A stretch of 55,867 nucleotides of DNA, counting the filler, from Sphacelaria rigidula (lineage: Eukaryota): NCBI GenBank assembly GCA_964200075.2. It is 4 parts of 4 records of this genome, joined end to end, with 100 filler letters (N's around TTAATTAATTAA, not from the genome) between each part and the next. Parts side by side here need not be neighbours in the genome. Positions count along the whole stretch, not along the records: positions 1 to 13,894 come from CAXNAA020002604.1; 3 more parts are not named here. One strand, given 5' to 3'. The notes under the pieces were generated by a model. It was not told the DNA's origin. It ran no database searches and was given only the letters and a program-made list of their open reading frames with translations. The position numbers were made by a program, and so were the translations under genes. Below, one piece after another: positions 1 through 12,540 of this stretch. Positions within the stretch are counted from its first letter, which is position 1. Every line of letters starts with the position of its first letter.

Positions 1-752
1 CTCAAGAATCGTCGAATTGGGCCGTGCGTTCAACATTTTCCGTGACGCTGCTGCACCCTTGTAGATCACGTGATGGGAGACTCCAATTATGGAGGCCATG
101 AGGTCCAATCCCGACAGATTCTCCTTGTTTTTTCGTCCGTCATTAAGGTCATACATTCATTATGCAGTACATTGTTTTTCTTCATTCAACGGCTGTGCCG
201 TGTGTTACCAGGTTGGTCTACACTTCACAGTGATCTGCTTACATCGGGTTCATTCGGGAAACTGGGGAAGCTGTGGTGTGAGCAGGTTTTAGCAGCTTTT
301 AAGCTGGCTCAGCTCGTATACATTACCTCAATACTGACATATATTGCACTGGTATCGCCCAACATTGCGGGATATGTCGACACCATGCTTTATCTCGTAT
401 GCTGCGATATATCGCGGGATACGACAGGGCAAGCATGTACTCTTTCTAGGCAAGCACTATTGATAGTGCGCTTGGGATGCATGAGATTGGCGACGCGTCC
501 CGCGCGCATATACAAACCTGCCTGTTCATCATGGTCGTAGCCATGTCATGTATGTGATACCGGAGAAACTGAGGGTCCGTGCGCACACCGAAGTCACGGC
601 ACAGGAGTGCGTTCAAAAAGAAAGTGGTACCCAACCCTTAATTCGATCATCGCACACGTGTCGGGGTCCATCACACAGGGTGTGGTACAACCCCGGGAAA
701 ACCCAACAATTGCCGGACATAAGGTTATATTCTACCACGAGTTTGCCGTCCC

Positions 753-1075
753 GCACCCGTGGTGTAATGGTCCGACTACTACCATTAGAGTGGAGAGAAC
801 GAGCGTTCGATTCCCGATCGATGCGTTGAGTTTTTGTTTCTCCGCAGTATCCGATTTCCACCGTGAAAAGCGTGAGAACGTGAGTAAACAAAGTAGTCGA
901 CTGAGTTCGTTTTGACGAGAGTTGACGCGGTGCGGGAGTACTGGCGGTCATGATCCAACCCGCGAGACCAAAATGCAAGGCGTGTGCGTACCGGGGAGAG
1001 ATGGGTTCATCCTCTTGAGACCACGGACTCGTCTCGAGGAAGGGAAGGGGTTCAAAGTTTGACAAATATATAAAA
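753..1075 (+). mobile_element. tRNA-derived SINE, family A (copy 1)
   Basis: Pol III A box TGGTGTAATGG (760-770) and B box GTTCGATTCC (805-814). The ~300-bp body aligns with 26126-26420 and 48121-48437. Followed by an A-rich/(TAC)n tail. Confidence 0.85.
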
Positions 1076-1080
1076 TACTG

Positions 1081-1133
<53 letters not shown>
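1076..1133. repeat. (TAC)n microsatellite at SINE tail
   Basis: Near-perfect trinucleotide run read directly from the sequence. Confidence 0.95.
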
Positions 1134-2422
1134 GCAATAATAACAAATTAGTGGTTTCGGGGCACTTACTGCGCTGCAACGGTCGAAGTTATGGCATAGT
1201 CGTCTTTTGTTATCGGAGGTTCTGATGCTGTATTCACGTTGGTCGCCGTAGCGGTTGACACGTAAGAGACAAGGAAGTTAATTCAATTGAAATTGATGTG
1301 CGTTGAAAACATCCATTGTTGTCGTCGAGATTTTTATTCTGTGTCGGGGATGTCGGATTCGTGTCACAGGGGTGGGGGAGAAGGTCAAGAAAACCAAGAA
1401 TTTACAAACTGATCGCACAGGGTGCGCGATGGCCCTCAGCTTTTCTGAAGGTTAAAAACGCGAACCATTTTCCGGTATTTTACTTACTGTCGTAACCATT
1501 TGTAAATCGGTGCGCGATATCGTAGGTACTACTGGTGCATGCTCTACCAGCCACACGAGATCAAAAGGAAAATAGTACAGTCCCTATCCAACAGTCGGGT
1601 ACACGACAGACTGCTATATAGCCAAAAACAAGCATATCCTGGCTACGAAATACTCCACGTTTTACGAATGCACCACAATTACGAAGCCGCTGTGCGATCG
1701 GCAGACGATGAACCCCCCACGGAAGGCGCCGAGAAGAAGTGTATTCTCGCGGCAGTACGCGGTGTGCTGCCAAACCGATGGGGCATTGGTGCTGGCTTTC
1801 ATTGCGTGCAGTGTGTAGTGTGGAGCGTATCGTGTGTAGCAGTGGTCTTCTCTACTCTAAACATCATCCTGTGGTTGGTTCTACTTTAGTTCTAAAATCT
1901 AGACGCGCCGGGAAGTTCGGAGGCGGAAGTTCCCGTTATCGTAAACGATATCGTGCAATGTTACAGAATACATCACGTTGGATATGGGATCCAGATTCCG
2001 AAATTTTGACAGCAAATGATCGGATATCGTATTCTGCCGGTTCTTTTCTCGATACCTGTCACTAGTTTCACTACTCGCTTACCAACCTACGCATCCTGTA
2101 CCCTGTCAAGGGGAACAAAGCCACACGTAATGATTATTTGATAGGCTTCGGGCACAAGCCACACTATTGTAAATCCATCAAGTGTCCCTTGGAGTGATGG
2201 TTTGGACCTTCACGTATCGTGTATCGACTCATTCCTCATTCCGTGGAGGGGGTTTGCGTCAATGGCGACAAGATTTCAAGGAAAAAAAACGAGCAATACC
2301 GACCAGATCCCAGCCTGAAACAAACGCACAAGCTCTCGTTCCAAAGTGTCGAGCAAAACGGGCTGGGACCGTATATGTGCCGGGACAACATTTTACCGCC
2401 TTGCCGTCGGTTCCGTAGCATA

Positions 2423-3016
2423 CTTCCTCTGTCCCATAAGTCTGCGCAGTTATGTTTATACGAGCCCTTAACGGTGTCCGATTCGATTTTTTTTTTTTTA
2501 ATTGCATTCGTTGACGTTTTTGGGCTCAAAACAACACTTTTTCAACAACGTGGGTGCTGAACGTGTGCAGTCTCGCGGTCGAGAAAAAGTAGGTCGGCCA
2601 AAAAACGGCATTTTTTCGCTCTTTTACCCAGTGAGCATGGGGGATCCGGGAACACGAAAAATCGCGAAAAAACATGAAAAAAACATGAAAATCGCAAAAG
2701 AACCATTGATTTTGGATATCTCCGTGACGTTCGCCTACGCACGCCCCATCAAACACATTTTCAGCATGTAATCGCTAGTGTTTGACGAAAAAACGTCCAA
2801 AAGTGGTCAATATTGGGGTATACGTGGACCAAACATGGGCCAAAATGGGCACATTTGTACATTATTTCAGCATAGACAAACAACTTTTTTTTTTTTTGCG
2901 TCAGCTTCGTTGGCGTTTCATCTTTCGAACGAACCCGGCTGAAAGATGATCGAGTATGTTTGAATGCGCAAACAATTTAAAGCCCATAGACGCGCAGACT
3001 TATGGGACAGAGGAAG
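2423..3016. mobile_element. Tc1/mariner-type (Stowaway-like) MITE
   Basis: Perfect 25-bp TIR CTTCCTCTGTCCCATAAGTCTGCGC (2423-2447 / 2992-3016). TA on the left, TG on the right (probably a mutated TA TSD). No coding capacity. Confidence 0.8.
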
Positions 3017-3501
3017 TGGAATGTTAAATTTCAGCAGGATTTAGACCGTCAACATGACGCGCACAACCCGATCGAATCCCGACAGAGATCAGACGTCATG
3101 TCTCGAACCGAGGAAATCGGCAAACGGTTTGGGCGACAAGCAAAGCAGATAGTAGCAGAATCCGGGTTTCGAAGACCATGTACATGCATACACCAAGGTG
3201 AGAAAAATATATATATGGACGCCTCCAGCAGACGATCAACCGTCGACAGACAACCACGGTTTCTAATTCTTGCTAATATGTTCTCCTGGCCTTTTTTAAA
3301 CCCCATCCAAAGAAAACAAATACATAGGAATCTGTTAGTGCAGACGGGTGTTTACGATGCATATACCGTTCGGAATAAGGGTTCCTGCCCCCCGTCCAAC
3401 CATGGACGCACATCGCTCATGTTAACGGGAATGTTGCCATGGGCGTATAAGTGACATTTTCGAGATTCATTTGGCAAGCGATTCCGTCTGATGGGCTTCA
3501 G

Positions 3502-3524
3502 TATATATATATATATATATATAT
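3502..3524. repeat. (TA)n microsatellite
   Basis: Dinucleotide run read directly from the sequence. Confidence 0.9.
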
Positions 3525-3700
3525 TGCATATATATGCTGCATCATGTGCATTTTGTGACATTACCGCGGCTGCCAGATTTACAACGGACCAGTCAGCGTT
3601 GAACGTCCAGTATATCAGTCAGTTGACTCAACTGGATCAGAAAATCCAGTCAGCCACGGTACGAGGGGGAATCAACGTTTTGTTTTCTCCACGGGCTCAC

Positions 3701-3808
3701 CTGTTTGACAGCGTCATACCACACCGGCTTCTCTAGCATTCCGGCCTTGACGAGCGGCTCCACGCGCTGAAGGAGCGACACCCCATACCGCAATTTTCGC
3801 ATAGGCAT
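3701..3808 (-). CDS. MRPS23: Mitochondrial small-subunit ribosomal protein mS23 (MRPS23/Rsm25 family), first coding exon
   Basis: ATG at 3808 gives MPMRKLRYGVSLLQRVEPLVKAGMLEKPVWYDAVKQ (36 codons), followed by donor GTGAGC at 3700. Matches the mS23 N-terminal pattern R..L.(R/K)AG.L.EKP.W(F/Y)D. Too short for the ORF track. Downstream exons not found. Confidence 0.75.
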
Positions 3809-4059
3809 GGTGCCTTACCTAAGGTTTCCGCTTCAAAATCTCTGCGTCGCCTCCTCCAGCTACTGCCGCCTGCGTGCTCGTCCTTCTGTAAGTCATGGGT
3901 AAGGTTTGGCGTAGGGTTAAGGTCCTGCTCTATTTTACTGGCCTCCCCGAGCGAAGCTATAGGATTTAATCACGGCCTGCTTGCGCTGAAAGTTTGTCGT
4001 TGGGTCATCCGAATACTCCAGACAGGGTAGATCCGTTGGTGATGGTTTCGGGGCATAAT

Positions 4060-4205
4060 GATAGGTTAAGCTCCGTTCCTTCCGTTCTGTTTGTATCTCG
4101 GGTACGTCCATCATGCGGATAATGACCACGGCTGGACCATGACCAGCTGGGGGTTCAGTTAACGTGCGAAATCAAGTAGTCAATCAATTAATTAATAAAC
4201 CAATC
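4060..4205 (+). mobile_element. 3' end fragment of an RTE-type non-LTR element
   Basis: GGGTACGTCCATC...TGACCACGGCTGGA...CAGTTAACGTGCGA plus an (ATCA)-like tail; similar to the reverse complement of 8035-8130. Confidence 0.55.
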
Positions 4206-5849
4206 TTGTGTGCTTCGAATAATTGACTGGCAGTTGCAGAATAGTCCACACTCAAGATTCACCGCCGAGTGTGCGATATTGGGCGACATGTAGAGAAACG
4301 TAATAGACTTCGACCATTCAAAACCCCCAACGTCTTCCCTTGACTTGTTGTGCGTAGGCTATGTACCTGTCGGGCTTATAAACTTCCTGGAAAAATGCTC
4401 TGAGAATATTTCTCTGACAATCTGGGAACCCGTGCCCCCCCGCCGTCACAAAGACCCTTTCCCACGTTCCCGTTGTCTAAACCGCTCAACTGTCAACCGG
4501 CGATACTGTTCCGAGGCGAAGCTGACGGTCAGGGGGACTTACCTTCGAATATTACCATTTCAAATTTCGCGATCATCGTGGTTATCGTGTACGCTTGCGG
4601 TATAGGATATAGAGGTAGATTATGATGTAAGTGCGGTGCGTTCCATGACCAAGGTTATGTTGGCAGCACGTATTGAACTCATCTTATTTTCAAGTCGATA
4701 AGTGGAGCGATCGAGTATACTGCACGTATAACCTCATGCGACGATGTCACCAGGCTGCCGCATACGAGCTCCCGTCGAAGTACAACTGCATGAATAAACG
4801 GGATACCTCGTGGTGGAGTATACTGTAGTAGCACAGTAGCACTTTCAGTATTGGACAGCACCGACAGGTGGTCTTGGCCACAGTATACAACAACAGGAGT
4901 ATCCACTTTGTTGAGAAGTGCACATGTGCAAAATGCAGAAACAAACACATGCGGTCGAGGGCCACAATAAACCAGAAATCGCCTTTTGCGGTGGGAGATG
5001 AGCTTCACACGTACTGCACTGTGCTGTACACCTGTGTCTGCATAGAAATGTGTTTTATGGTGAGACTGCACGGTATAGCACAGTACAGTCGGGGTACGGT
5101 CAACAGTGACTACTCCTGACCAGGGCCCCTTTGCACCAGCTTACAGTATACTGACTTGGCATGGTGCAGTCAAAACCAAGCAGCGGCAACTCCAGAACAA
5201 TCGCGTTGAATGATCATTCTGATGTTCATAGCACCTTAATCACATAAATCTAGTTACCGAAGAGAACCACCATCAAGCGTCCACGCACGCACTCTAGCAA
5301 CACATCTCAGGTAGCATGGTAGCCGCACGAGACCGCTACCGACCGTATGTGACGGGGAATACCACCCCTAGAGCGACCAATTTCAATCTCAACTTTCACC
5401 AGGATAAAGACCCTCCTTGCCAAAGAGAACTGGTTTCATTGAAAAATTTTAAATGTACCATTTGGCGCTATAAAATTACTGTAAATCCGTCTTCCGCAGC
5501 TTAACGAGGATCGGCGTTGAAGGAACGTATCGCCAGGGAGGTGTTATACACAGTCATATAGCATAAAACGATAGAACGCAAGGCCTGTGAGGTCATACGT
5601 GTGCACAGCTCAGGGAAGTTCGCCCTACAGCTCATAGATCACAACTGAATATAACTCTTGCTTCATATGCATATTCTATTTGTTGGCACGTACTCACCGG
5701 GTAAGACGCGCCGAGCAGCCCGGCCGGGTGTAGAGCTGAGCAAGCCGAAGGTAAGATGATCCACTTTCGCCCGAAATCTTCGCTCTCTACCCGTTTGTAG
5801 AAAGGCGCGGGAGCGCCGCAGAGTTGGGGCGACTACGACCCTCGGTTGC

Positions 5850-6550
5850 TATTTACCAGACCATGAAGGAGGTCAGGGCCGAGGATCAAGTGAGATCTCT
5901 TCCACCAGGCCTAATTACCTGGTCCCGCTGGAAGAGGGGCAAGAGCGCGGACGGATCGCTGCTGGCACCTGACGTCAACCACAAGACCAGGCACTGAGGG
6001 GAAATTCGCGCAGATTGCAAGGGAAGGTCGTCACATTACACGCCACGAGGCCAACGCTAGGACCGGCCGTTAGGTTACCTGGATCGAATTATGCTACAAA
6101 AAGAGACGAGGCTGCGGGTGAAGTCAAAGCCTAGTACCTGTCCATGACTGGATACGGTGCTCTCGCGGCCCTGTGGGGGCAATCGTGTATGATATCCCCA
6201 GAGCCATACATCCCTCGGGCCGGGTGTGTGCTGACAGCATGGAATGTCCATTCTGGGGCGTGGCGGATACCAGCACATGCCATGGACGTACCTGCTGCCG
6301 TCGAGCGCCCCTAGGCCTATCATACGGACCACTGATCCACGCCATCGTTAAAGTGCTTCAGCAGCTAGGTGTCCGGAGCACGGCGGAGGATAGGAGCCCC
6401 GTTTACGACGAACTGTGATGTTGGCAAGTACTGTACATGGTTGTCCCAGAAGGAGAGCTCATCTCCCGAATGTATACGACTCGTATTTCAGGGGCATAAT
6501 GATACTTTCGCCCAGCGCTGTGGGTACACGGCGTCGGTGAAAGCCGCTTA
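5850..6550 (+). mobile_element. Degenerate CRE-like (restriction-like endonuclease type) non-LTR retrotransposon, C-terminal region
   Basis: Frameshifted peptide ECPFWGVADTSTCHGRTC...PLIHAIVKVLQQLGVRSTAEDRSP/FTTNCD resembles the zinc knuckle and following helix upstream of the RLE domain. Boundaries approximate. Confidence 0.55.
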
Positions 6551-7444
6551 AGAAACATCTCGCAATCAAGGGGTACGAGGTCGACTAAACGGTTGCCTAG
6601 GAACAATTGAATTGAAGGGTAGGCAAAGCGTTCTTCCGGTGCTCAACCACGGCCCCCCCGTAGATTGGAACTCCGGACGATAATAAGGAGCTTCCCTCTA
6701 TCGATTCGATGGCGAACATCATGGAGAATTATTGTTGTGTTGTCAGTCAACCAGACGTCTGAAGTTGCTCGACACCTGAACATACCGCAATGATACTTGT
6801 AGATTACACGCGTTGTGGCTCTGACTGTACTTTTCTGCAGCAATGACATGTACTCCACTATAAACATATGCCAAAGGTGAACTCCTTGGCCCGTGGCCCT
6901 CGTGGTACGCCGTGTTTGCAGATCGATTCATCTGTGTCAGGTGTTCGAAAACGAGTAAACGTCAGCTCTTCTTGACGTCTACTGCTGGAAGTACAGTATT
7001 GTAAGAATGCCGTGTGTGGTGCGAGCTCTATCTTTTGCCAGTTCGAGTCAACCATAACGCTGCCTTCCTGTCTATATTATTGTGTTCTACTCATCCGTTG
7101 TGACGAATCACCAACAATTTAAAACACAGGACAACATGTTGTGACGTGTCATTGATCAGAGACATATATATTCGTTGTCCTGTAAACAGTAGTCTCGACT
7201 GGGGCATCTAGGTGCTTCCCCGTATAGGTTTCGTCTTCAACATCGGCAGACAGAGGCATTCAGGGAAGAGGTCGCAAGCACCCTGGTCTGTACTCGGACT
7301 TCTCGGGCCCCACACCGTGCCATTACTGCATTAATGTAGTGTTGAGATTGATTGATTGGTGGATTGGTGAATTGATTGATTGTGAGTACCAGGGTAGTTC
7401 ACAAGTCTTCCATGTGTCTACAACCGCCCCTTCGTTCCAGGAAC

Positions 7445-7750
7445 GACACTTTCTACGATAGCCCCCCCCCAAACCAACTAGAAGTGTCACGAAAAGAATG
7501 GCCATACAGCGCCTGATGTTCGGGTTTAGGCTGTACGAAGCGCTTCATGTTGGCGACATTGGCTAGAACGAACCCAAGTGTGGGAATTCCCAGCTTCTCG
7601 TTGTGCTCGGCTTGTCCCATTTCGATTTACNNNNNNNNNNGGGTTTTGGTTTTGCGGCGCTTTTCCGTTTGCGTGTCGGGGGAAGGTGTCGCCCCAAAAA
7701 ACCCGCCGCTTGGGGGGGGGGGGGGGGGGGGGGCTATCGTAGAAAGTGCC
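7445..7750. mobile_element. MITE with GACACTTTCTACGATAGCCCC TIRs and 4-bp TSD (copy 1)
   Basis: TIR GACACTTTCTACGATAGCCCC / GGGGCTATCGTAGAAAGTGCC. TSD GAAC at 7441-7444 and 7751-7754. Body matches 22649-22896. Contains a 10-N gap. Confidence 0.85.
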
Positions 7751-8034
7751 GAACGTTCATATCTCCGGCATCGTTCCGGGAACGTTCTCAGGAACACTAG
7801 TCTGTCTCGACTGAGTTAATGTCTATCCCGTCCGGGTCATTGTCTTCCCGTCTCCGGAGTAATAGTCATACTCCAACTCGAGACGGCACCGATCCCGGAG
7901 CCCTATCGAGGCACATCTCATCTCGACCCTAGAGTTTCCCTCCACACAAGAACGAACTATCTAGGCACGTCCCACGGCCAAGCTCATGGCTCCTGAGACT
8001 ACCACTCCCACACCAAGGGGTAGTAGCCTAATGA

Positions 8035-10530
8035 TTCATTGATTGATTGATTGTCGCAAATTAACTGATCTCCGAGGTCTCCAGCCGTGGTCATAGGATA
8101 GACGTACCCAGAGTAAACGAAACGCAAACACTCGCTAAAGGAAACTCGACGCTGAGAGGACGAACAACAAAATAACGGAACGATGGCACAAACGGGGTGA
8201 ACTGAATCGAGATACAGGAAATATCAAGAACATCAGCACGGGAAATGCAATAATAAAATAACTATTAATAGGAACACGAACACTCTCGGTGGATGAAAAA
8301 TATTAGACTGACAACAACAATAACAACGACGACGACGACGACGACGACGACAACAACAACAACAACAATAACAACAACCACGACGACGACGACGACGACA
8401 ACAACTACAACTACAACTACAACAACTACAACAACAACAACAACTCCTACAACAACAACAACAGAAAAAAGAAACAACGGAACACTGATACCACGTGGAC
8501 CATTTTCACAAACACAGCTAGAAAAATACGGTAGTCAAAAACCGACAAGATAATAATAAGACACTGCTGGGGTAGTATATATCATATTTTTTTCGAGATG
8601 TTGCAATAATCACGGGGCCGCTCGATCAGCGCTTTCTGACCGAGTCGTTTTCAGTGGCCGTTGTGACATCCTAACAAAAGTTAGTCCCGGTATCCGTCGA
8701 AGCTGTTCAGTCTATACATCGAACTTCCGTTTGCCCCACGGCCATCATCTGTATCATCATCGCTGACTCTTTTTACGATACCAAAATACCCACGGAGCCA
8801 CTCGGTCAGCGATGACCAAGTGCCTCAGTGGTTGTTGCGATATCTCAATACTTACTAGCCCTGCCTCTTCCACCCATCCCCAGTCGGGTACAATGCAAGC
8901 TATTTCCGTCCTGGATTCCTATCGAGCTGTTTCTATTTGTGTCGGATATGGCGGCTCTCCCATCGGCTGCTCTGAAGGCAACAACCTCTTGCTCGTGGTG
9001 TACGTTGATCTGATGGGCGTAGGTAGGTCTGAGTGGTGTAAGTCTTCGCGTCGCCACGCCACCTCGAACTCCCCTGCCCCTTTCCAGGTCCCCGGGTGCT
9101 ATTTCTCACATTCTTTGCAGCAGGCATCCAGTCTTGCGAGCCTTTGACTTCCTCCATACTTTGATCATCATACCGTGGACAAACCCTCTCCCGCGTTCTC
9201 CGTTACGTGGGGTAGCTCCTAGCGCACGCAGGTTCGCTTGAAGGGGATCCGCCCCCCTAATCTGTGGAATGCCGACCGGCCTCCTTGTGCCCTTTTGCGG
9301 GGAACCGTCCGGACATGATGCGCTTCGCAAGACATGCTTTTCGTCCTGTCGAACAAGGGCCCCGCAAAACAGAATTTACCCTCGCGAATGGTTGTCTCGA
9401 TACGCTCGCAGTTGATTATCTTTAGCACAGCTCAGTATGCATGAGGATGGTGTCTAGTGCAACCTTCCCATACGACAGCGAAGTCCTCCTCGCAGTAGAA
9501 ATCTCTTTGTGGGCAGTGCGGAGGTTTTCGGAATCCTCTGGGCGCAGCATCCACGTAGCATACCTGTTCAGCATAGTTTCTACCGTCTCCGCTTTGAGCA
9601 GCTGAGTCTCAAATAAGGTGTGGCGTTGGGCCGATCGTATGGTTGAAGCCATACTCTCGGAGGCATGCACGCGCAGCGCCTTAGTGGCGCTTGATTTCGA
9701 TGAAATGTTCGCGTCTGAGCTGACAGCACAACCAAGGTAGACGAACGCGATCGTCCGCCTGTCTTTTTGACCTGCCATCTTGATGTATAGTGAGGTTTCT
9801 GCGGAGTCGGGCACTGACCATAGGCGCGCGGCCTCGGTCTTGCTCTCCGATACCATTCGGCCGAACTCCTGAGAGGCCACTACAATCACAACCATTATCC
9901 TGGCAAGCCCATCTAGGGACCCCCGACTCTATGCCTGCATCATCCGCGTACAGAATTACCCACGCCTCACTTGCATCCTTCCCAGTGGCGTCTCTTCCAG
10001 GGGTTCGCCGTATTTACTTCATCGCCCATCATCTATATATACCACGTCTAGGAGATGATGCTCGAATCTGTCGCGAAACGCTGTAGGATGACGCCGACCG
10101 ATGCTGCGCTAAAAATGCTGAGAAGTATCGGCAACGATTTACTTTAACAGGTATTGAGTACCATAAATCCCTGGTAGACGTGGAATCACTGTGATAGTTC
10201 GCCATCAACCCGCTCTACCAAGCTCGCATGCCATCGTGGAACATACGGATAACCTTGACAATACGAGGCGGGATTCCGAAACGGGCAGGCACTTCCAAGA
10301 GGAGCGTACGATCGACTGAGCTATACGCCTTCTCCACGTCGCCGAAGCACATTTTCAGTAGGACATTGTTCCCCCGCCCCAACTCTTATACTCGACGTGT
10401 TGCGAACATCATGCCAATGGACGATTGTTGACCCCAACGTACTCACTGATCTTCTGGGAAGATCCCTTCCTTCTCCAAGCAACTGTCAAGCCTGTTGGTT
10501 GCGAGTTCGAGAAGGATTTTGTCGGAGTAA
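8035..10530 (-). mobile_element. Degenerate 5'-truncated RTE-clade LINE (RT remnant, 3' UTR, (ATCA)n tail)
   Basis: Minus-strand RT motifs with stops and frameshifts: KILLELATNRL..LEKEGIFPEDQ, CFGDVEKAYSSVDRTLL..RFGIPPRIVKVIRMFHDGMRA, LYADDAGI (~9930-9953), FVYLG..VSSDA, LLKAETVETML. (TGAT)n on the + strand at ~8035-8052 is the tail. Joining tail and RT into one element is inference. Confidence 0.8.
8311..8463. repeat. Compound (ACA)n/(ACG)n/(ACAACT)n microsatellite
   Basis: Read directly; explains the poly-T and poly-V ORF artefacts. Confidence 0.95.
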
Positions 10531-12399
10531 TTCTTGTACAAGAACAACTATCTAACAGTGGACTCTGGAAAATGGGGTTGATCTCTAAAATAAGGTTCAA
10601 GTGGCATATATTTTTCGCGAAGATGACGCGAAACAGTTACACAGTGCAAAATCATCTTTCCCCCCGAACATCTGCAGCAGTGAAGCAGTTGTGGCTTGGT
10701 GCACCGAACGCATGCGGTGAACACGCGTGTCGATGACGACATCACCAGAGAGAGAAGCAACGACAGAGGGGAAGCTCCTCGCCCGTGTCCTTTGTGTGTC
10801 CTCGCTCGGCGATTACCGATCGCTCGAACGACTGGCATCATGCATGTCACCAGCATGTACCGAATTTCTCATGTACTGGTGGGCATGTTATATTGCTGCG
10901 CACAGCCCGCCCCCCAAAGAAGGTCGAGGTGCGGAGGGATCCTGTCTCTTCTTGTCTGTGGAGCTCACCAATGCAAATATCATTTTCTCTTTGCCTCTCT
11001 TTTTGGACAGGACGCGCCTCTGTGCGCTGAAAAACATGTCATTGAAAAACAGGGCAATGTTCCCGTCACTGCAACTGTTTTCTGTCACACACATGCCAGC
11101 AAGGACGGTGCTACGGCAATAGCAGATCCAATGTGAACTAGGGGGGGTGTTACTCATCATTGATTTTACCCGATATGTGACCATCTGGGTGCCCGACCAC
11201 AAAAGTGTGCCACACACTCGTTCAGGGGGGTTGTATGAGAGATCGAACACTTGTGGAGACCTTCTTGACATGCGGCGTGAAAAAAGATACCTCTGGTGGT
11301 GACCTAACTGTTGCTAGCGTGGCGCATAAGGGTGCGTCCATGCTGCAATCTGGAGCACACACTGGTTGCGTGAACACCTCGGTACAGTAGCTTTACAGAA
11401 TTGATTCCGATGTGAGGAGGTCATGCATTACAAGCTGGGACGAGATATGACCCTACGAGGAACAAGAGTGCTTTTTAATCAACCACTTGTCGTTGCATTT
11501 GATACCCACACCATCAACCGCCGACCACAAAGGTCTTGTGGCTTTCAAGCAACGCTGGCGGCAGTACGGCAGGCAAACCCGATCATAGCTAGCTTTCGTT
11601 GCTCTACTGTACTGATTGCCGTCTGCACAGAGGTCACCCACCGTAATAGCATGCATCGTATTTTGCAACAGCTGTAAAAACATAACACTTCGATTTTTTC
11701 AACTATGCCCACATGATTTAAAGGACGCTCAAGAGCTGAGGGAAAGCGGCTGCTCTGGGTCCGATCAAACGTGCGAAGATACTGTCGAACAGCAATTCCA
11801 GACTTTGCTGGCATTGACATACGGCAATCAGCACAGAGCTGAACAGAAATCGGCAGTTTAACGTTCTTATAAAGAGCAACGCGCATGAAACGGTTTAAAG
11901 GTGGGAAAACGCGGATTCTCAAGAAGGAGAAACTCTCTGTTCCCCTGTGAGTGTTACATATGCTTGCAAAAACTCCATCGTCATTATTTCATAGCTGGCG
12001 GGGGGACAGGGAAGCCACCCTTCCTCAAGTAACAAGAGTCCTTTCAATCATGTGGACGTAGTTGAAGTTGATATTGTTCTCAGAGGACTACAATGAGAGA
12101 GATCCAGGTAATATGCATCGGAACGAGAGTGGCGTGATTCTTTAGAGGATATGTTGAAGTATTTGTACAGTAGTACAAGGACGACTGCATTCTATCGCAT
12201 GGGATTGATGCAGTATGGCGAGGGCTTGTTGTTTCCGGACTGTAACCGCTGAGGAAGGCAGCTCGGGATCTGTCTGGAATAATGAAAATCACGCTGTGTG
12301 TGTTTACCTCACCTTATAACCTCGCCACCAACGTCAGCTACACCGTAAGGGTGACTTTTGCACCCCGCTATACAGCCAAAGCACTGCTGTACAACCAGT

Positions 12400-12540
12400 T
12401 ACTGCTGTCAAGACTTCATCAGCATGCGCCATGACGGATATGCCCCTGCAGTAACCACACTCGGTCCTAACCTTCTTGTGTTGAAGTGCTACACAAGATA
12501 AATTGATAAATACCCAGACGACCTCCTGCCCCAAATCCAC
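12400..12540 (-). mobile_element. RTE LINE fragment (start of the RT domain)
   Basis: LQHKKVRTECGYCRGISVMAHADEVL resembles the LINE motif L.KK.D...C.NYRGISL....GK.L. Confidence 0.65.

Noticed and set aside
753..830. Functional tRNA gene (also at 21030, 26126, 48121 and ~50000)
   Set aside because: A/B boxes are present but I see no complete cloverleaf, and each continues into a shared SINE body.
613..1065. Conserved small protein family (ORFs 613-1065, 26145-26471, 48012-48437)
   Set aside because: Similarity reflects antisense translation of SINE copies; frames are not conserved.
8265..8553. Poly-V / poly-T ORFs (also 23327-23659, 23822-24154, 36493-37013)
   Set aside because: Translations of microsatellites.
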